Assembly (NCBI GenBank): GCA_964016885.1
Contig: OZ024742.1
Span: forward strand, 43,710,001-43,774,000
DNA length: 64,000 nucleotides
Origin: Eledone cirrhosa
Lineage: Eukaryota
Direction: 5' to 3'
The translations under genes and the position numbers were made by a program. The notes beneath the pieces are model-generated. The model saw only the letters and a program-made list of their open reading frames with translations. It searched no databases and was not told the DNA's origin. Below, piece after piece: positions 26,597 to 38,468 of the stretch; within the stretch, counting starts at the first letter, position 1; each line of letters starts with the position of its first letter.

Positions 26597-26855
26597 CAAG
26601 GGTCGGCTGAAAAGTTCATAGGCAGACCAAGATATTTTCATAGAATGTGACCAAATGAGGTTTATTTTTCAACATCGTCCCCTTTGCGGTCCACAACGCC
26701 TTCCATCAGTTGCAGTGCTTAGACCCCATTGGGAAAGAAGCTTTCATCTTGTTGGTAAAAAAAAGTCATCATCAGCAGATATGACGTCATCATCACTGCG
26801 ATACTGGTTTCTAGCCAAGTGTTTCTTCATATTGGGAAACAGATGATAGCTGCTA
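26597..26855 (-). mobile_element. Mariner transposon end (transposase C-terminus + TIR)
   Basis: YHLFPNMKKHLARNQYRSDDDVISA is a typical mariner C-terminus; the end ta|caagggtcggctgaaaagttc is TIR-like. Confidence 0.8.
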
Positions 26856-27044
26856 TTATTACTGCTCCTATCCTTTCTGTTCTTTTGGAGATTTTTGTTT
26901 ATTGTGGATGGGCTGAAATGAAGGAGCAACCCTAAATATAAATATGAATCAATGTATTTCCAGGCGACCATGCAAATCTTCTTTATTACAGATACAGAAA
27001 GCATACACCCACCCCAACCCCTGCTAATATCTACCCCATCTTCC

Positions 27045-28140
27045 TCCATGTGAACACAATGAAAGGAAGATCAGGAGAGATTGTAGAGATGCTAGAATGG
27101 AAGAAAATTGATGTATGTTGTGTGCAAGAGACTAGATGGAAGGAAGAGTCAGCTAGACTCCTTGTAGGCAAAAAACAGTGCTACCAATTTTTCTGGGTGG
27201 AAATGACAACGGGATGGGGGAGTAGGTATCTTATTAGCTGACAAATGGGTAGATAAGGTAATTTCTGTAAATAGAGTGAACGTGAGAATCATTAAACTCA
27301 TTAAACTCCTAAATAGAACAATGGCTACAATTATATCTGATAGATTGGAAAGAAATGAAGCATGCATGCTCTGATGGATATGTAATAGTAATATACATGA
27401 ACAGCAAAGCATAAATTAACTGAGAGAGAAACTAGGCATAAGAGGAATCAGATACAGTGTGCAGGAGAAGAGATTGTGTTGGTATGGACATGTGATGCAT
27501 ATGAAGGATGACAGCTGTGTAAAAAGGTGCAGTTGATGGAAGCCATAGGGTAGGGAGATTCAGGAAGACTTGGGATGATGTGATTAAAACTGACCTTGCA
27601 CAAGACGATGACACAGGACCGAAATCTCTAGTGTTATGCAGTAATTCACCACCCTCACCTCCACCCCAGCCCACTCTTCCATACACCTTCTATCAGGACA
27701 GGCTGAAGCATACATCTAGTGAAACCCCCAGCCTACACTGTAAAGTGTTTGTGAGGGCGACACAAAAAAAGTGCCCAGCCCACACTGTAATATAGTCGTG
27801 ATGGTGACACTACAAAGAGCATCCAGCCCACACTGTAAAGTGGTCATGATGGCAACATGACAAAAAGCACCTGGCCCACACTGTAAAGTGGTCATGTAGA
27901 TGTCACAACAAAAAGCACCCAGCCCACACTGTAAAGTGGTCGTGTAGGTGTCATGACAAAAAGCACCCAGTACTCACTGTAAATGTAGTTGTCGTTAGGA
28001 AGGGCATCCATCCATAAAAACGAAACCAAAATCAGTTCTGTATGCGCAAGACATGGTTACCTGACCTGGCATTTCTCACAACAGAACTTGTTTAACCCAA
28101 ATTAGCATGGAAAAATGGACGCTAAAGAGTAATGATGAAA
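27045..28140 (+). mobile_element. Internally deleted RTE LINE (endonuclease N-terminus fused to the ORF C-terminus and 3' UTR)
   Basis: NTMKGRSGEIVEML...IDVCCVQETRWK, then at ~27345 a jump to LERNE...WICN...RLCWYGHVM; 3' UTR has ~44-bp cacactgtaaagtgg repeats. Confidence 0.8.
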
Positions 28141-28254
28141 ACTGTTTGTTTTAAAGTGTTTATAATTATCAAAACATTTTCTAACATAATTTTATGTAAG
28201 AACCTTTAAGAAGTTTTGTTGCAAACACCAGCTTGAGTGAATGTCAATATGTCA

Positions 28255-28540
28255 CCAGCACAAACACTTTACAGTGTGTACTGGGTACATTTTATTGTGG
28301 AACCAGCATGACCACTTTGCAGAGTGTACTATCATAGCACTAGCACTAACACTTTACAGAGTGTACTGAGTCTATTTTATTGTGACATTAGCACAAACAC
28401 TTTACAAAGTGCACTGAGTGCATTTTATTATGGAATGAGCACTAACACTTCACAGAGTGTACTCTGTGCATTTTATTGTGGCACTAGCACCAACTTTTTA
28501 CAGAGTGTAATGGTTGTACATTATCATGTTGCTAACACTG
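28255..28540 (-). repeat. Tandem ~46-bp repeats derived from the RTE 3' UTR
   Basis: cactttacagagtgtactgggtgcattttattgtggcac units, reverse complement of the 27730-27990 repeats. Similar block at ~25930-26100. Confidence 0.7.
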
Positions 28541-28560
28541 TCAACCATAAATATTCTAGC

Positions 28561-28724
28561 TAGGGCCTCCAAGAGAAATTTTGCAAGGCAGTACAAGGCC
28601 CCTTTCGGGCCTGAAGCAAACAAAGATTTTTCTCAAAATGGATGTTGCATGGTTGCTGTGGGGCCTCTTTACCTCTTGGGCCCTGGAACTAAGTACTCGC
28701 TGGACCCCCTTCTCAAAGGCCCTG
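28561..28724. mobile_element. hAT-like MITE
   Basis: TIRs tagggcctccaaga / tctcaaaggccctg; 8-bp TSD ATTCTAGC at 28553-28560 and 28725-28732. Confidence 0.82.
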
Positions 28725-29009
28725 ATTCTAGCCAGTCCATGGCAATACAATAATTCTTTGTGTAGGGGCTTCTTTTAGGGGGAGGGTAACTCCAATCCAT
28801 ACAAATGCTAATGCAGTATGACCAAATGGTTTAGAAATTTACTTCATAACCACAAGTTTCTGTATTCTGTCCCGCTATGTGACGTCTTGAGCAAGTAAAT
28901 TTTACCATATCTCACTTTCAGGCCTGAAGTATCTTCTAAACAAAAGACAGAGACGAGATATGCTTTATGGTGAATTTGTCCAACCTACAGATAAATGGAT
29001 TAAAAAATA

Positions 29010-29090
29010 TTGATGGTGATGACGATGATGATGATGATGATCACATCAATGATGATGACGACGACGACGATGATGATGATGATGGTGCTG

Positions 29091-29122
<32 letters not shown>

Positions 29123-29140
29123 GATGATGATGATGATGGT
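29010..29140. repeat. (GAT)n trinucleotide microsatellite
   Basis: Direct reading. Confidence 0.95.
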
Positions 29141-29311
29141 ATATATATTGTGGACAGAAAAAATGAAAGAAAGGATGGAGAGTTGCCAAAAACAATGAAA
29201 CACTAAAGATAAATACTAAATTATTTAGTAGCTCCATAAAATGTGTTCAAAGAAAATGAAGGATTCTCTACATGGTCACTTGACCTACTAGAAACAGCAC
29301 TCAAATTTCCC

Positions 29312-29552
29312 TTAACCCTTTCGTGACTGCATTTCTAATGAAATACACTCTATTTCAATTAATTAATGAAGAATTTTGAGGGATTTATTAGAATTATTAA
29401 TTATTTCATGACTAAGACAGTAACTTAACATATGGTTCTTTTATAAAATTATGTTGGAAGATTTTAATTTAAATTGCAAACCTTTAAAATGGGTGGTTTT
29501 ATTTCATAGCACCAGAGCTGGTTTTTGCCAGATTAAGTAACAAACGGTTTAA
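29312..29552. mobile_element. Possible old TTAA-flanked (piggyBac-like) MITE
   Basis: ttaa-ccctttcgtgact ... agtaacaaacggt-ttaa; degenerate TIRs. Confidence 0.3.
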
Positions 29553-29715
29553 TGCACACCCTAATATCTTATAAAAGAAAGGACATGTTGGTTAACCCTT
29601 TTGTTATTATATTACTAATAACTGATGCTGTTTATAATTTTCAAATCATTTGGAAAATAATCAAGAATTTGAAAAGATTTTGTAACATAGTTAGCGTTTT
29701 CATTATTAAATTGTG

Positions 29716-30010
29716 GAGGCACATAACTGAGTTGTAAGGGTGTTGGACTTACGATCATAAAGTTGTCAGTTCGATTCCTGGGCTGGGTTGCAAATTGTGT
29801 TCTTGAACAAAGCACTTCATTTTACGTTGTTCCAGTATACTCAGCTGAAGATGAGTACCAGCAATAGTTGGAGGTTCAACCCTGCGATGGACTGGCGTCC
29901 TGTCCAGGGGGAAGTCTTGCACTTTCAGTCACTTCCTGCCACAAAACCAGGATAAGCACCGGCCTAATGAGCCTTCTAGCTTAAGATAGACTTTAGACTT
30001 AGACTTTAGA
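29716..30010 (+). mobile_element. tRNA-derived SINE with CORE-like and V-domain-like segments and a (gacttta)n tail
   Basis: B-box agttcgattcc; CORE-like ttgaacaaagcacttcattttac; ccctgcgatggactggcgtcctgtccaggg; tandem tail. Confidence 0.75.
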
Positions 30011-30029
30011 TTATTAAATTGATACAGGG

Positions 30030-30215
30030 TGGTGAAATGCTTAGCAGTATTTATTCTGTCTCTGTATGTTCTGAATTCAAATCCTGCTAAGGTCTTGTTG
30101 TCTTTCACCCTTCCAGGCTTGATAAAATTGAGTACCAGTCAAATATTGGGTCAATTTAATTGATCTTCCCCTTCTCCCAAAACAGCTAGCTCTGTGCCTA
30201 AATTAGAAAACATTA
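30030..30215 (+). mobile_element. Diverged SINE (family of 45038-45222)
   Basis: gaattcaaatcc...ctttcacccttccaggcttgataaaattgagtaccag...tgtgcctaaattagaaa. Confidence 0.7.
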
Positions 30216-30397
30216 TTAAACTGGTGCTTAGAACACTACTTAACAAAGGTTTTTCTAGCTAGAAACAGTCCTATATGAGCAAGACACGGTCACTCAACCC
30301 AACTTGCCTCTAATGGGACAAACCTGTCTAACCCATGCTAGTAGGAAAATAGACATTAAACGATGATGATGAATGCTGAAAGGTTTTTAGATAAATA

Positions 30398-32036
30398 CTA
30401 GCAGAAGGCCCCGGCGTTGCTCGAGATTCTAAACATAGATTGGCACGTATATCCCTCCTTTCTGAAACAGTTTCATCGTATGTTCACCAATTGATGCAGA
30501 AGTCCTAATAAAAAGTGAAGTCGCCTTGGGTGAATAGGCAAATCATTTTCCATTAAGATTTTTCAAAAGCATGTAATTGTGTTCTCTCTCTTTTTTGTTG
30601 TTGTTTTTGCTGCTGTTGGTGTGATAGCAGCCGTTGATCGTACTACTAACACAGTCTCGTCCTTCTTCAGCCAATCGTGTATATCCCCTTCTGCCTCATC
30701 AGCAATGAGAACAATATTTGCTCTAGGGTTCTTATATATTTGATATATCATCATCATCATCATCATCATCAACGTTTAACGTCCGTGTTCCACGCTTGCA
30801 TGGGTTTGGACGGATATATATTTATCCTTATCGAGCCTCGTGAAATAAATACGTTTGTTTATATTTTGTTATTGTGTATGTAAAAATATCTGTACACGAA
30901 TATATAATCTATATATATAAAACAGAGGATGTCTGCCTGTGTGTCTGTTTCCCTAAAATTCGAGAAGTACCCAACCGTTTTTTTCAAACTCTACACATGT
31001 AACCCGTATGGCCCCAGAAGTGTTTTGAGCAAAAAAAAAATTTGAAATTATTCTGACCTAGGGATAAAATTAGTGAAGTGGCCAATGTCTGTACATAATG
31101 AGGGAGTGAGAGGGGAGAGAAAGAAACGGAGAGGCGAAGTGAAGAAGTGGCTCTCTACTCCTCCTCCTCCTCCTTCTCCTCATTCGTCACAGCGTTTTTC
31201 GATAGAGGGGAGAAATGTGAACGAGTTACAGAGAGAAAGAGTGAGAGTGAAAGAAACAGACAGACTAAAAGAGGGGGATAGCGGGAGAGAGAGAGAGTGA
31301 TAGACGCCGTCTTTTGAGAGTTGTATGCGTCAAAGATACATGACAGTGGAATAACTATTGCGTGTGTGTGTACGTGCGCGCGTGTGTGTGTGCGTTTGCA
31401 TGCGTGAGTGTGTATGTGTGCGTGAGTGATTATAAACTCTCTCACATGGTCTGATGGAATTAACCCTTTTAGCATTTACATTACTCTATATATACTATAT
31501 TATTTTCATGGTAAAGGCTTTATCTCACATAATATAAAAATCTCATAGAGTTAATATTATTTATTTTGAGAACAATACCTTAACCCTTTAGTATTAATGT
31601 GAGTTATAAAGAGAAAGAGTGAAAGTGAAAGAAACAGACAGACTAAAAGAGGGGGGTAGCGGGAGAGAGAGAGACGCTGGAAGAGGGAAAGGAAAGCTAT
31701 ATGTCTTGCTGTCTGCATTACGATACATATATATATACACACACACTGATCGCGTCATAATGACGTAATGCAGACAGCAGACATACAGACAGATATTATA
31801 AGGGCACAACGTTATATCTATGTATCTATCTAAAAAGAAAGACTAAGAATTATAGAGAGAGATCGCTAAATCGCCTAATGCGGTCCCTAGGGCATTGAAA
31901 ATTTGAATTATTTTTTGCTCAAAACACTCACACGACCATAAGTATTGCATGTGTAAAGTTTGAAAAAAATCGGTTGGGTGGTTCTCGAGTTTTAGGGAGT
32001 CAGACAGACAGACATTCTCTGTTTTAGATATATAGA
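30398..32036 (-). mobile_element. Helitron-derived region: minus-strand ends plus an opposing Helitron 5' end at 30908
   Basis: Minus 3' end cgagcaacgccggggccttctgCTAG at 30398; minus 5' end TCTATATATCTAAAACAG at 32036; plus 5' end TCTATATATATAAAACAG at 30908. Confidence 0.65.
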
Positions 32037-32468
32037 TAAACAATTTAATAAAAAAAGAAGCTTACTACCACAGAACCAGGGAAAATTTCTGGTTTTACAA
32101 AAAATAAACCAGATGGTTATGGCTGGAATATCTTTTATCATAGGTCTACTTAATAGGAAACTAAATAACACAAGTTCAAACCCTGGATGGTGGTAAAAGA
32201 GGGAGACACTTTACCTTTATCCTTCTATAGTCAGCAAAGTTGTTTTTTAGGTGTTGTTTAACCCCCAGGTCAGCCATGATCCAAGATATCGAAGATTAAA
32301 GATATTTCCAGCCATTTCTATCCTGTGTGTTTTTTTTACATAGTGTAAATAAGATAACATTGGCCAGTGTGTCCTTCCCTTTTTGAAGGGTGTAATTTCA
32401 TGGAGATTTCACTACTATTTCTTGCAGGCTGAGTGACTGCATAGTGTCTCAATCATAAATCTATAATC

Positions 32469-32853
32469 GAGGCACATGGCTTAGTGGTTAGAGCATTGGC
32501 CTTGCAACCGAAAGGTTGTGAGTTCAATTCTCAGACCGGGTGATGTGTTGTTTCCTTGAGCAAGACACTTTATTTCACATTGCTCCAGTTTACTCAGCTG
32601 TAAAAATGAGATGATAGGGACTAGGGTCCCTATCATTCCACTGCAAAGTGGTCGAAGAGGTGCCACGGCAAAAAAGCACCCAGCCCACACTGTAAAGTGG
32701 ACGTGTAGGCACCACGGAAAAAAAGTACCCAGCACTCACTGTAAATGAGGTTGGTGTTAGGAAGGGCATCCAGCTGTAGAAATCAAGCCAGAATCAGTTC
32801 CTGTCCCACCCTTGCAAGCAGGGAAAAGCGGCCGTAAAATGATGATGATGATG
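32469..32853 (+). mobile_element. Full-length tRNA-derived CORE SINE with RTE-derived 3' tail
   Basis: A-box tggcttagtgg, B-box gagttcaattct, CORE ccttgagcaagacac; the 3' half is nearly identical to the RTE 3' UTR at 39903-40100; (gat)n tail. Confidence 0.9.
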
Positions 32854-32874
32854 AATAGAGTGTAAAAGAAATTC

Positions 32875-33190
32875 TTCATCATCGTCATCCATCATCCGGG
32901 TCTGCTTATTGCCCGGAGTGCCATAACTTGTTCTTTCCAGTCTGCCATTGCTTGTGGTAGGTCTTTTTGTGCGCAGAATCCTTGCACAGTTGCTTTATGT
33001 AGGTTCAAAGTGGTCTACCAACATTTGCTTACCCATGCTTCGGTTTCCACAGAACATCTCTGATGATCTCATCCTTTGCTCTCCAGCAATGTCCAGTGAA
33101 TCTTGTTCTTCTTTCTCTGATGATATATGATATTGGTGGTAAATTTCCAAGGAGAAGTTCTTTCGTAGGGTGTTGGACAAAATAAATTAC
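32875..33190 (-). mobile_element. RTE LINE 3'-end fragment
   Basis: Minus translation IIRERRTRFTGHCWRAKDEIIRDVLWKPKHG...GRP..YIKQL. Confidence 0.78.
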
Positions 33191-33222
33191 TTAGTGGATA
33201 TTGTAGTGAACTACTCTCTCAT

Positions 33223-33530
33223 GAAGGTATGTGGCTTTGTGGTTAGGGGGCGTTCAACCTAAGGTCATGAGTTCAATTTCCAGCAGTGTGTTGTATCCTT
33301 GATTAATACACTATATCTCACATTACTCCAGTCCACTCAGCTAGCAAAAATTAGTTGTACCTGTAATTCAATTGAACAGCTTTGACACACCCTTTGTCAC
33401 ACAAAATCTTTCTGAGAACTATGGTAAGGGTATATGTGAATGTGGAATGCTTAGCTATTTACACTTTAATTTTACAAGTTGGCTATTCCATTGATCAAAT
33501 CAACTGGAATACTTGTCAGGGGAACTGATG
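33223..33530 (+). mobile_element. Diverged CORE-type SINE
   Basis: tggctttgtgg A-box, gagttcaattt B-box, ccttgattaatacac...cattactccagtccactcagc. Confidence 0.65.
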
Positions 33531-33879
33531 AAGGTTTAAAACACAGCCTAATCTTTCATATATCAGGAGTTCAGGTTCACAGTTCATGCATTATACTGTG
33601 TCTTTGGAATATCAATATAATAGATTTTACATGTCCTTAATCTACCTAACAAACAGATGAATAGCAACCAGATCAACTGTGTATGTTACCTGTGATAGAC
33701 TGATGTCTTATATACTAATGAAGTTATGGAGGCACCATAGTGACATACAGCATGTCTTGGGTACTTTAAACCTGGTGAAGTTCATCTCTTCAAGTTGGAA
33801 CACAGTCGATTTCTTTCAGAGAAGGAGAGAGAGTGATAGGAGGACAGGAGAAAGAGATATAGAGAAAGAATTCACTCTA

Positions 33880-34020
33880 GTAGCGGACTGGTACATTTTT
33901 TGTCAACCTCAAAAGGATGAAAGGCAAAGCTGACCTTGATGGGATTTGAACTCTGAGTGCAGAGAGCTGAAAGGAATATTGCAAAGCATTTTATTCAATG
34001 CTCTAATGACTCTGCCAATT
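33880..34020 (-). mobile_element. SINE fragment (family of 45038-45222)
   Basis: ctggtac...aaggatgaaaggcaaagctgacc...ggatttgaactc. Confidence 0.7.
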
Positions 34021-35367
34021 TTTGAGGTCAATTAAAATGTACCAATCTGGATCTCTTTCTCACTTCCTTTCAGTCATTTGCTCTCTTCTGGAAGAAATTT
34101 GCTGTATTCAGACTTGGAGAGGAATGCCCCAGATACGCTGTTTGTCAGTGACCCTATGACTCCACTCACTAGGAATTACAGATTAAAAAAGAAGAGAGTT
34201 TGGAATATAGCTTAAAGGTTCTTCCATAAAATTGTGACAGAAGGTTTTAATTTAAATATAAACACTTGAAAGTAAACAGTTTTGTATAAAAAAAAAACAG
34301 GTGATTTCAGATGGTTTGGTATCAAAAGTGTTAAACTATTTGAGCCACGAGTCAATGAGAACGACTCTACATAGTTGCTCAACATTAAAAATAGTAGCTA
34401 AATTGCCTACGAATCATACACTACAGTTTCAAATAAAGGACACATCAGACAAGGATATATGAAAAGAACAAATAACCATGACTGGAATGCCTTTGATCAT
34501 AAGTCTGCTCAATCAGGGTTAACCTGGGGCTAAATGCCATCATCATTATTATCTATATAACTCAAGCTAAGCATTTGGATCATCAGAGGTATTTTAAAGC
34601 TCAAAAGCTATTTAACAGTTGGGAGCTGATGAAGGCATTCTTTTATTATATAATAGCCGAGCTGGCAGCTTGGAATTAGCCATCTCTCCTTTCTAATCAA
34701 TGTAAATACAAAATCAATATGGTAATCAATTATTTAGCTGTGTGAAAATTGTTCACTATTCAATAAATGGTGTTAATTGTGCAGCAAAACACCTTTGATG
34801 TAATTTTGAGAATAGTGTAAAGTACTTTAAATAAACTGTATAGTAAAATACAATACTGTAATTACCATATTATATAGAAATGTACCATATTATATAGTAA
34901 TGTATCATGCTATATACTATATTTTGTTGTTGGACCGCTGTCGATAACAATAATGAGTGTTCCAGTTATTCAAACAATGGAACAATCTGATCATGAAATA
35001 AAGTTTTTGACAAGGCTAGCCCTTCGAATTACTGGGACAACTCCTTTTTTGCCTACTGAGTGGATTAACCCTTTAGCATTTAAACCGGCCGTATCTGGCC
35101 AGAATTTTCTTACCTGTTTCCTTTCAAACTAGCTGTAACCAGCCACTCATACTGATGTTAAGGTATTGTTCTCAAAATAAATAATATCAAAATCTCATAG
35201 ATTTGATATTATGTGAGATATTATGTTAGGGTAAGCCTTTACTATAAAAATTCAATAGTAAATATAGAAATGTTAAGACTCTTTTCCTACTATATCAAGC
35301 ATAAAACTAATGATATATTTCTTCATTGTACTGTGTCATTTACTTTGTTATTTGTGTTTGGCTTTTG

Positions 35368-35439
<72 letters not shown>

Positions 35440-35441
<2 letters not shown>

Positions 35442-36428
35442 AAATTAAGATGAATCAAACGAATTTAATCTAAATCAAAATTATGGGTGTCATGCCAGAA
35501 AGATATGCGCCATATCACCCATAAAATAAGCTCTAAGATTCTAATGAGTAGGTCCGAGCATTTTATAATAACTAGAGATTGATTAACATAAATAAACATG
35601 AATAATCACAGGAGATAATTTTTACAAGTGTGTAACCACACATAGCTAGGTAGGTAACTAAATAAAGTTGACCAGAACTTCAAAAATAGATACCTTATAA
35701 TATGATTAATCTTCCCTGTATATATTCCATTAAAGAAATATATTTCACCAATTAATCAGATGGTAAACCACAGAAGTGGAGATTTGGATTTTCAACAGGG
35801 AAGAAATTTCCAGCAATCCGTGTTTACACTTCAAGTTCAAATCAGCGACTGGCCAGCACGTGTAGTATTTACTAGAAATACACACATCATACTAGCTTCG
35901 TCCCAGTGGCGTGAATAGGGTTATCGACAACTAGAAACAGCAGTCGAGTCCTTTCAACAGAGTTAGCTCTACAATTAAGGAGCCGTATTTATATATCTAT
36001 ATCCAAAATTAAGATAAATCAAACGAATTTAATCTAAATCAAAATTATGGGTGTCATGCCAGAAAGACATGCGCCATATCACCCGTAAAATAAGCTCTAA
36101 GATTCTAACGAGTAGGTCCGAGCATTTTATAATAACTAGAAATTGATTAACATATAAATAAACATGAATAATCACAGGAGATAAGTTTTACAAGTGTGTA
36201 ACCACACATAGCTAGGTAGTAACTAAATAAAGTTGACCAGAACTTCAAAAATAGATACCTTATAATATGATTAATCTTCCTGGTATCTATTATAAGGTAT
36301 CTATTTTTGAAGTTCTGGTCAACTTTATTTAGTTACCTACCTAGCTATGTGTGGTTACACACTTGTAAAAATTATCTCCTGTGATTATTCATGTTTATTT
36401 ATATGTTAATCAATCTCTAGTTATTATA
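35440..36428. repeat. Tandem plus inverted duplication between (TA)n tracts (Penelope-style architecture)
   Basis: 35440-35716 is repeated at 36005-36281; 36289-36428 is an inverted copy of part of the same unit. Confidence 0.85.
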
Positions 36429-36478
36429 TATATATATATATAAAAGATGAATATAAAATGAAAGTGCTTTTATAAAGG

Positions 36479-36616
36479 AATTTATTAGGTATTGACATGT
36501 TTCTGTAACAGACGGAATACCTATGTATCGCTGCTTGCGTAATCATATAATATTAGCACGTAATCGATAGCAAATGTATAATCAGTTGTCACTTCTTCAG
36601 AGATATTGAATAAATT
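36479..36616 (-). ncRNA. Hammerhead ribozyme motif with a ~90-nt stem II domain
   Basis: Minus strand: CTGAAGA-a-gtgaca...tgttac-a-GAAA-c-at-GTC. Palindromic acatgt stem III; distal stem I aatttatt/aataaatt. Confidence 0.55.
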
Positions 36617-37085
36617 GGTAAAAAATCAGAAAAATCAAAGTATTTATATTAGTTGTAAGAAAGGAAGAGGAGAGGGAAAAGTATATGCCAGATGGCAATT
36701 CAATTTGCTGGTAAACAAGTGTATAGAAGGTTTTTAATGAGAATACAATGAGTATATGGCTTATTTTATCTAAATAAGAATTTTTGGGAGTGCCTATTTT
36801 AATTTATATTTGACCAGTTGAACAATGGACAGGGCTGGTGGTTTGGTGTAGTAGTATTAATACAGATATAAGGTGTCAAGTAAGGAAGAGAGATTTTCAC
36901 TGCTACTGTATAACAACAATGCTGGTAGCCTGCTGGTATATGCTTTAGGGAAGTGAATTGATAAATCTTATTTTATCTATAGAATTTTATATTAAATGAT
37001 AAAGAATAGAAGTGTTGATAGAATTAAAACTAATAGAAAATGTTAATATGTATTTTGACAATCAAACGGAGATGGAGACAGGCGT

Positions 37086-38468
37086 TCAATCCTGGTAGCG
37101 TTTGTAATATGAAAATGTAGATTTCAAGCGATGGTTACAGTATAACGATCGCTCTACTCTGTTATTTAATAAAATATTTTTGGATTTCATAATACAAAAT
37201 ATTTCTATATTACACAATCTACAAAATTTCTGTCCATGGAAATATGCAGGGGCAGCTACTATTATATCCCATTTTAGGTTAAATTTTTGGTTATTTTCGC
37301 GCAGCTGCCAAGCCTTGTCTGCGAGTGTTGTTACATAACGCTGGTTTTCATGTTTTATCGAGTAGCGATGTCTATAAAGGCGAGATTTGAAGGAGGTAGC
37401 TGTAGACCCCACATAGTACCACTTCTGGCTACCCGATTCGATAGTACATTCGTATATGATGTTGCGTTCAAGACACTGATTATTCAACGGACACATTCCT
37501 GGATGGACACAGTTACAGTTATAATTAGGCGCTGTTGTAATACCATGGATGGGTTGATGAGGTTGCTTAGGCAGGTTGGGATATTGTTTGTTGTTTTGTG
37601 ATGTTATAGCCGATGTTTTACGTGTATTGTTATGTGTTGGAAGGCATTTATACAACCGTTTTGCGTTAAGCTTTTTTATATGTTGTTCAATATTAGGGGC
37701 GGTTGAATATGAAAGTCGAATAGTGTTAGGGTTTAAGATTTTATTATATTTATGTGATGTTGGAAAATGTTTTTTAACTAATCGAAAGAATTGTGAGGGT
37801 AGATTGGTTTTAATAGAGTTGTTATAGACCGGGTTGTACCATATATACTCTTTACATCGCCTTCTGTTTGGTGGTGTGCGACTATTAGTGTGTCTATTGC
37901 AGTAGTGTGTGTATGGTGGTGATTCTATGCTATTTCTACCTCTATGAGATTTATTTGGGGTGTTTTGGTGATCGTCGACTATATACTCTATATTATCTAG
38001 GTGTCCAGCCTTCCTAAGTGCATCATCGTAATATTCAGCATGTTCTTTGAAGGTTTGCAGGTTGGACGACAGGCGGGAGATTCTAAGGGAAATATTTCTA
38101 GGGATGGATTTAATTATAGAGGGTGGATGGTTAGAACCCGTATTTACATATTTAAGGTTCTCGTTTAGTTTATGGAACGGTTTAATCGTTTCTGTGTTGA
38201 GATTCAAAGTAACATCGAGGAAATTAACCTCTTTGAGGTTATATTCAAACGTAATACTTAATCCTAGTTCCTTAAAAAGCTTCCTAATATTTTTACGCAT
38301 CCTTTCTAAATTCTGGTTATTCATATGCTTAACTAATAGGAGCGTATCATCACGGTAGAGTCCACCGTGGAGATCCTTGAATTTTCCTTGTAGTCTGTGG
38401 GTGATATAAATTCCCACAAGATCAATTATTTCCGCCGAATCATTGGAACCCATAGTTATATCAAAATT
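37086..38468 (-). CDS. Penelope-like RT (partial) + CxCx5C linker + GIY-YIG endonuclease
   Basis: FDITMGS..SAEI.DLVG, GLYRDD, VNFLDVTL, YVN..SNHP, CNCVHPGMCPL, NIIY...YVGST...FKSRLYRH, CRLC.IE...LLN. Uninterrupted frame to the stop. Confidence 0.9.
   Translation of the reverse strand, partial: NFDITMGSNDSAEIIDLVGIYITHRLQGKFKDLHGGLYRDDTLLLVKHMNNQNLERMRKNIRKLFKELGLSITFEYNLKEVNFLDVTLNLNTETIKPFHKLNENLKYVNTGSNHPPSIIKSIPRNISLRISRLSSNLQTFKEHAEYYDDALRKAGHLDNIEYIVDDHQNTPNKSHRGRNSIESPPYTHYCNRHTNSRTPPNRRRCKEYIWYNPVYNNSIKTNLPSQFFRLVKKHFPTSHKYNKILNPNTIRLSYSTAPNIEQHIKKLNAKRLYKCLPTHNNTRKTSAITSQNNKQYPNLPKQPHQPIHGITTAPNYNCNCVHPGMCPLNNQCLERNIIYECTIESGSQKWYYVGSTATSFKSRLYRHRYSIKHENQRYVTTLADKAWQLRENNQKFNLKWDIIVAAPAYFHGQKFCRLCNIEIFCIMKSKNILLNNRVERSLYCNHRLKSTFSYYKRYQD

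Larger units (their letters stand above)
36443..38468 (-). mobile_element. 5'-truncated Penelope-like retroelement (PLE-1)
   Basis: Bounded by (TA)n at both ends; RT + GIY-YIG ORF; 3' region carries a hammerhead motif. Confidence 0.9.

Noticed and set aside
28967-29237. Poly-Asp/His/Met ORFs
   Set aside because: (GAT)n microsatellite.
32469-32545. tRNA gene
   Set aside because: A/B boxes continue into CORE and a LINE tail, so this is a SINE head. The same applies to 29716 and 33223.
35535-35950. Possible hammerhead with a ~390-nt stem II (ctaatga ... gaaacagcagtc)
   Set aside because: Core G5 is missing in both copies, stems do not pair, and the 3' part resembles a common dispersed-repeat motif.
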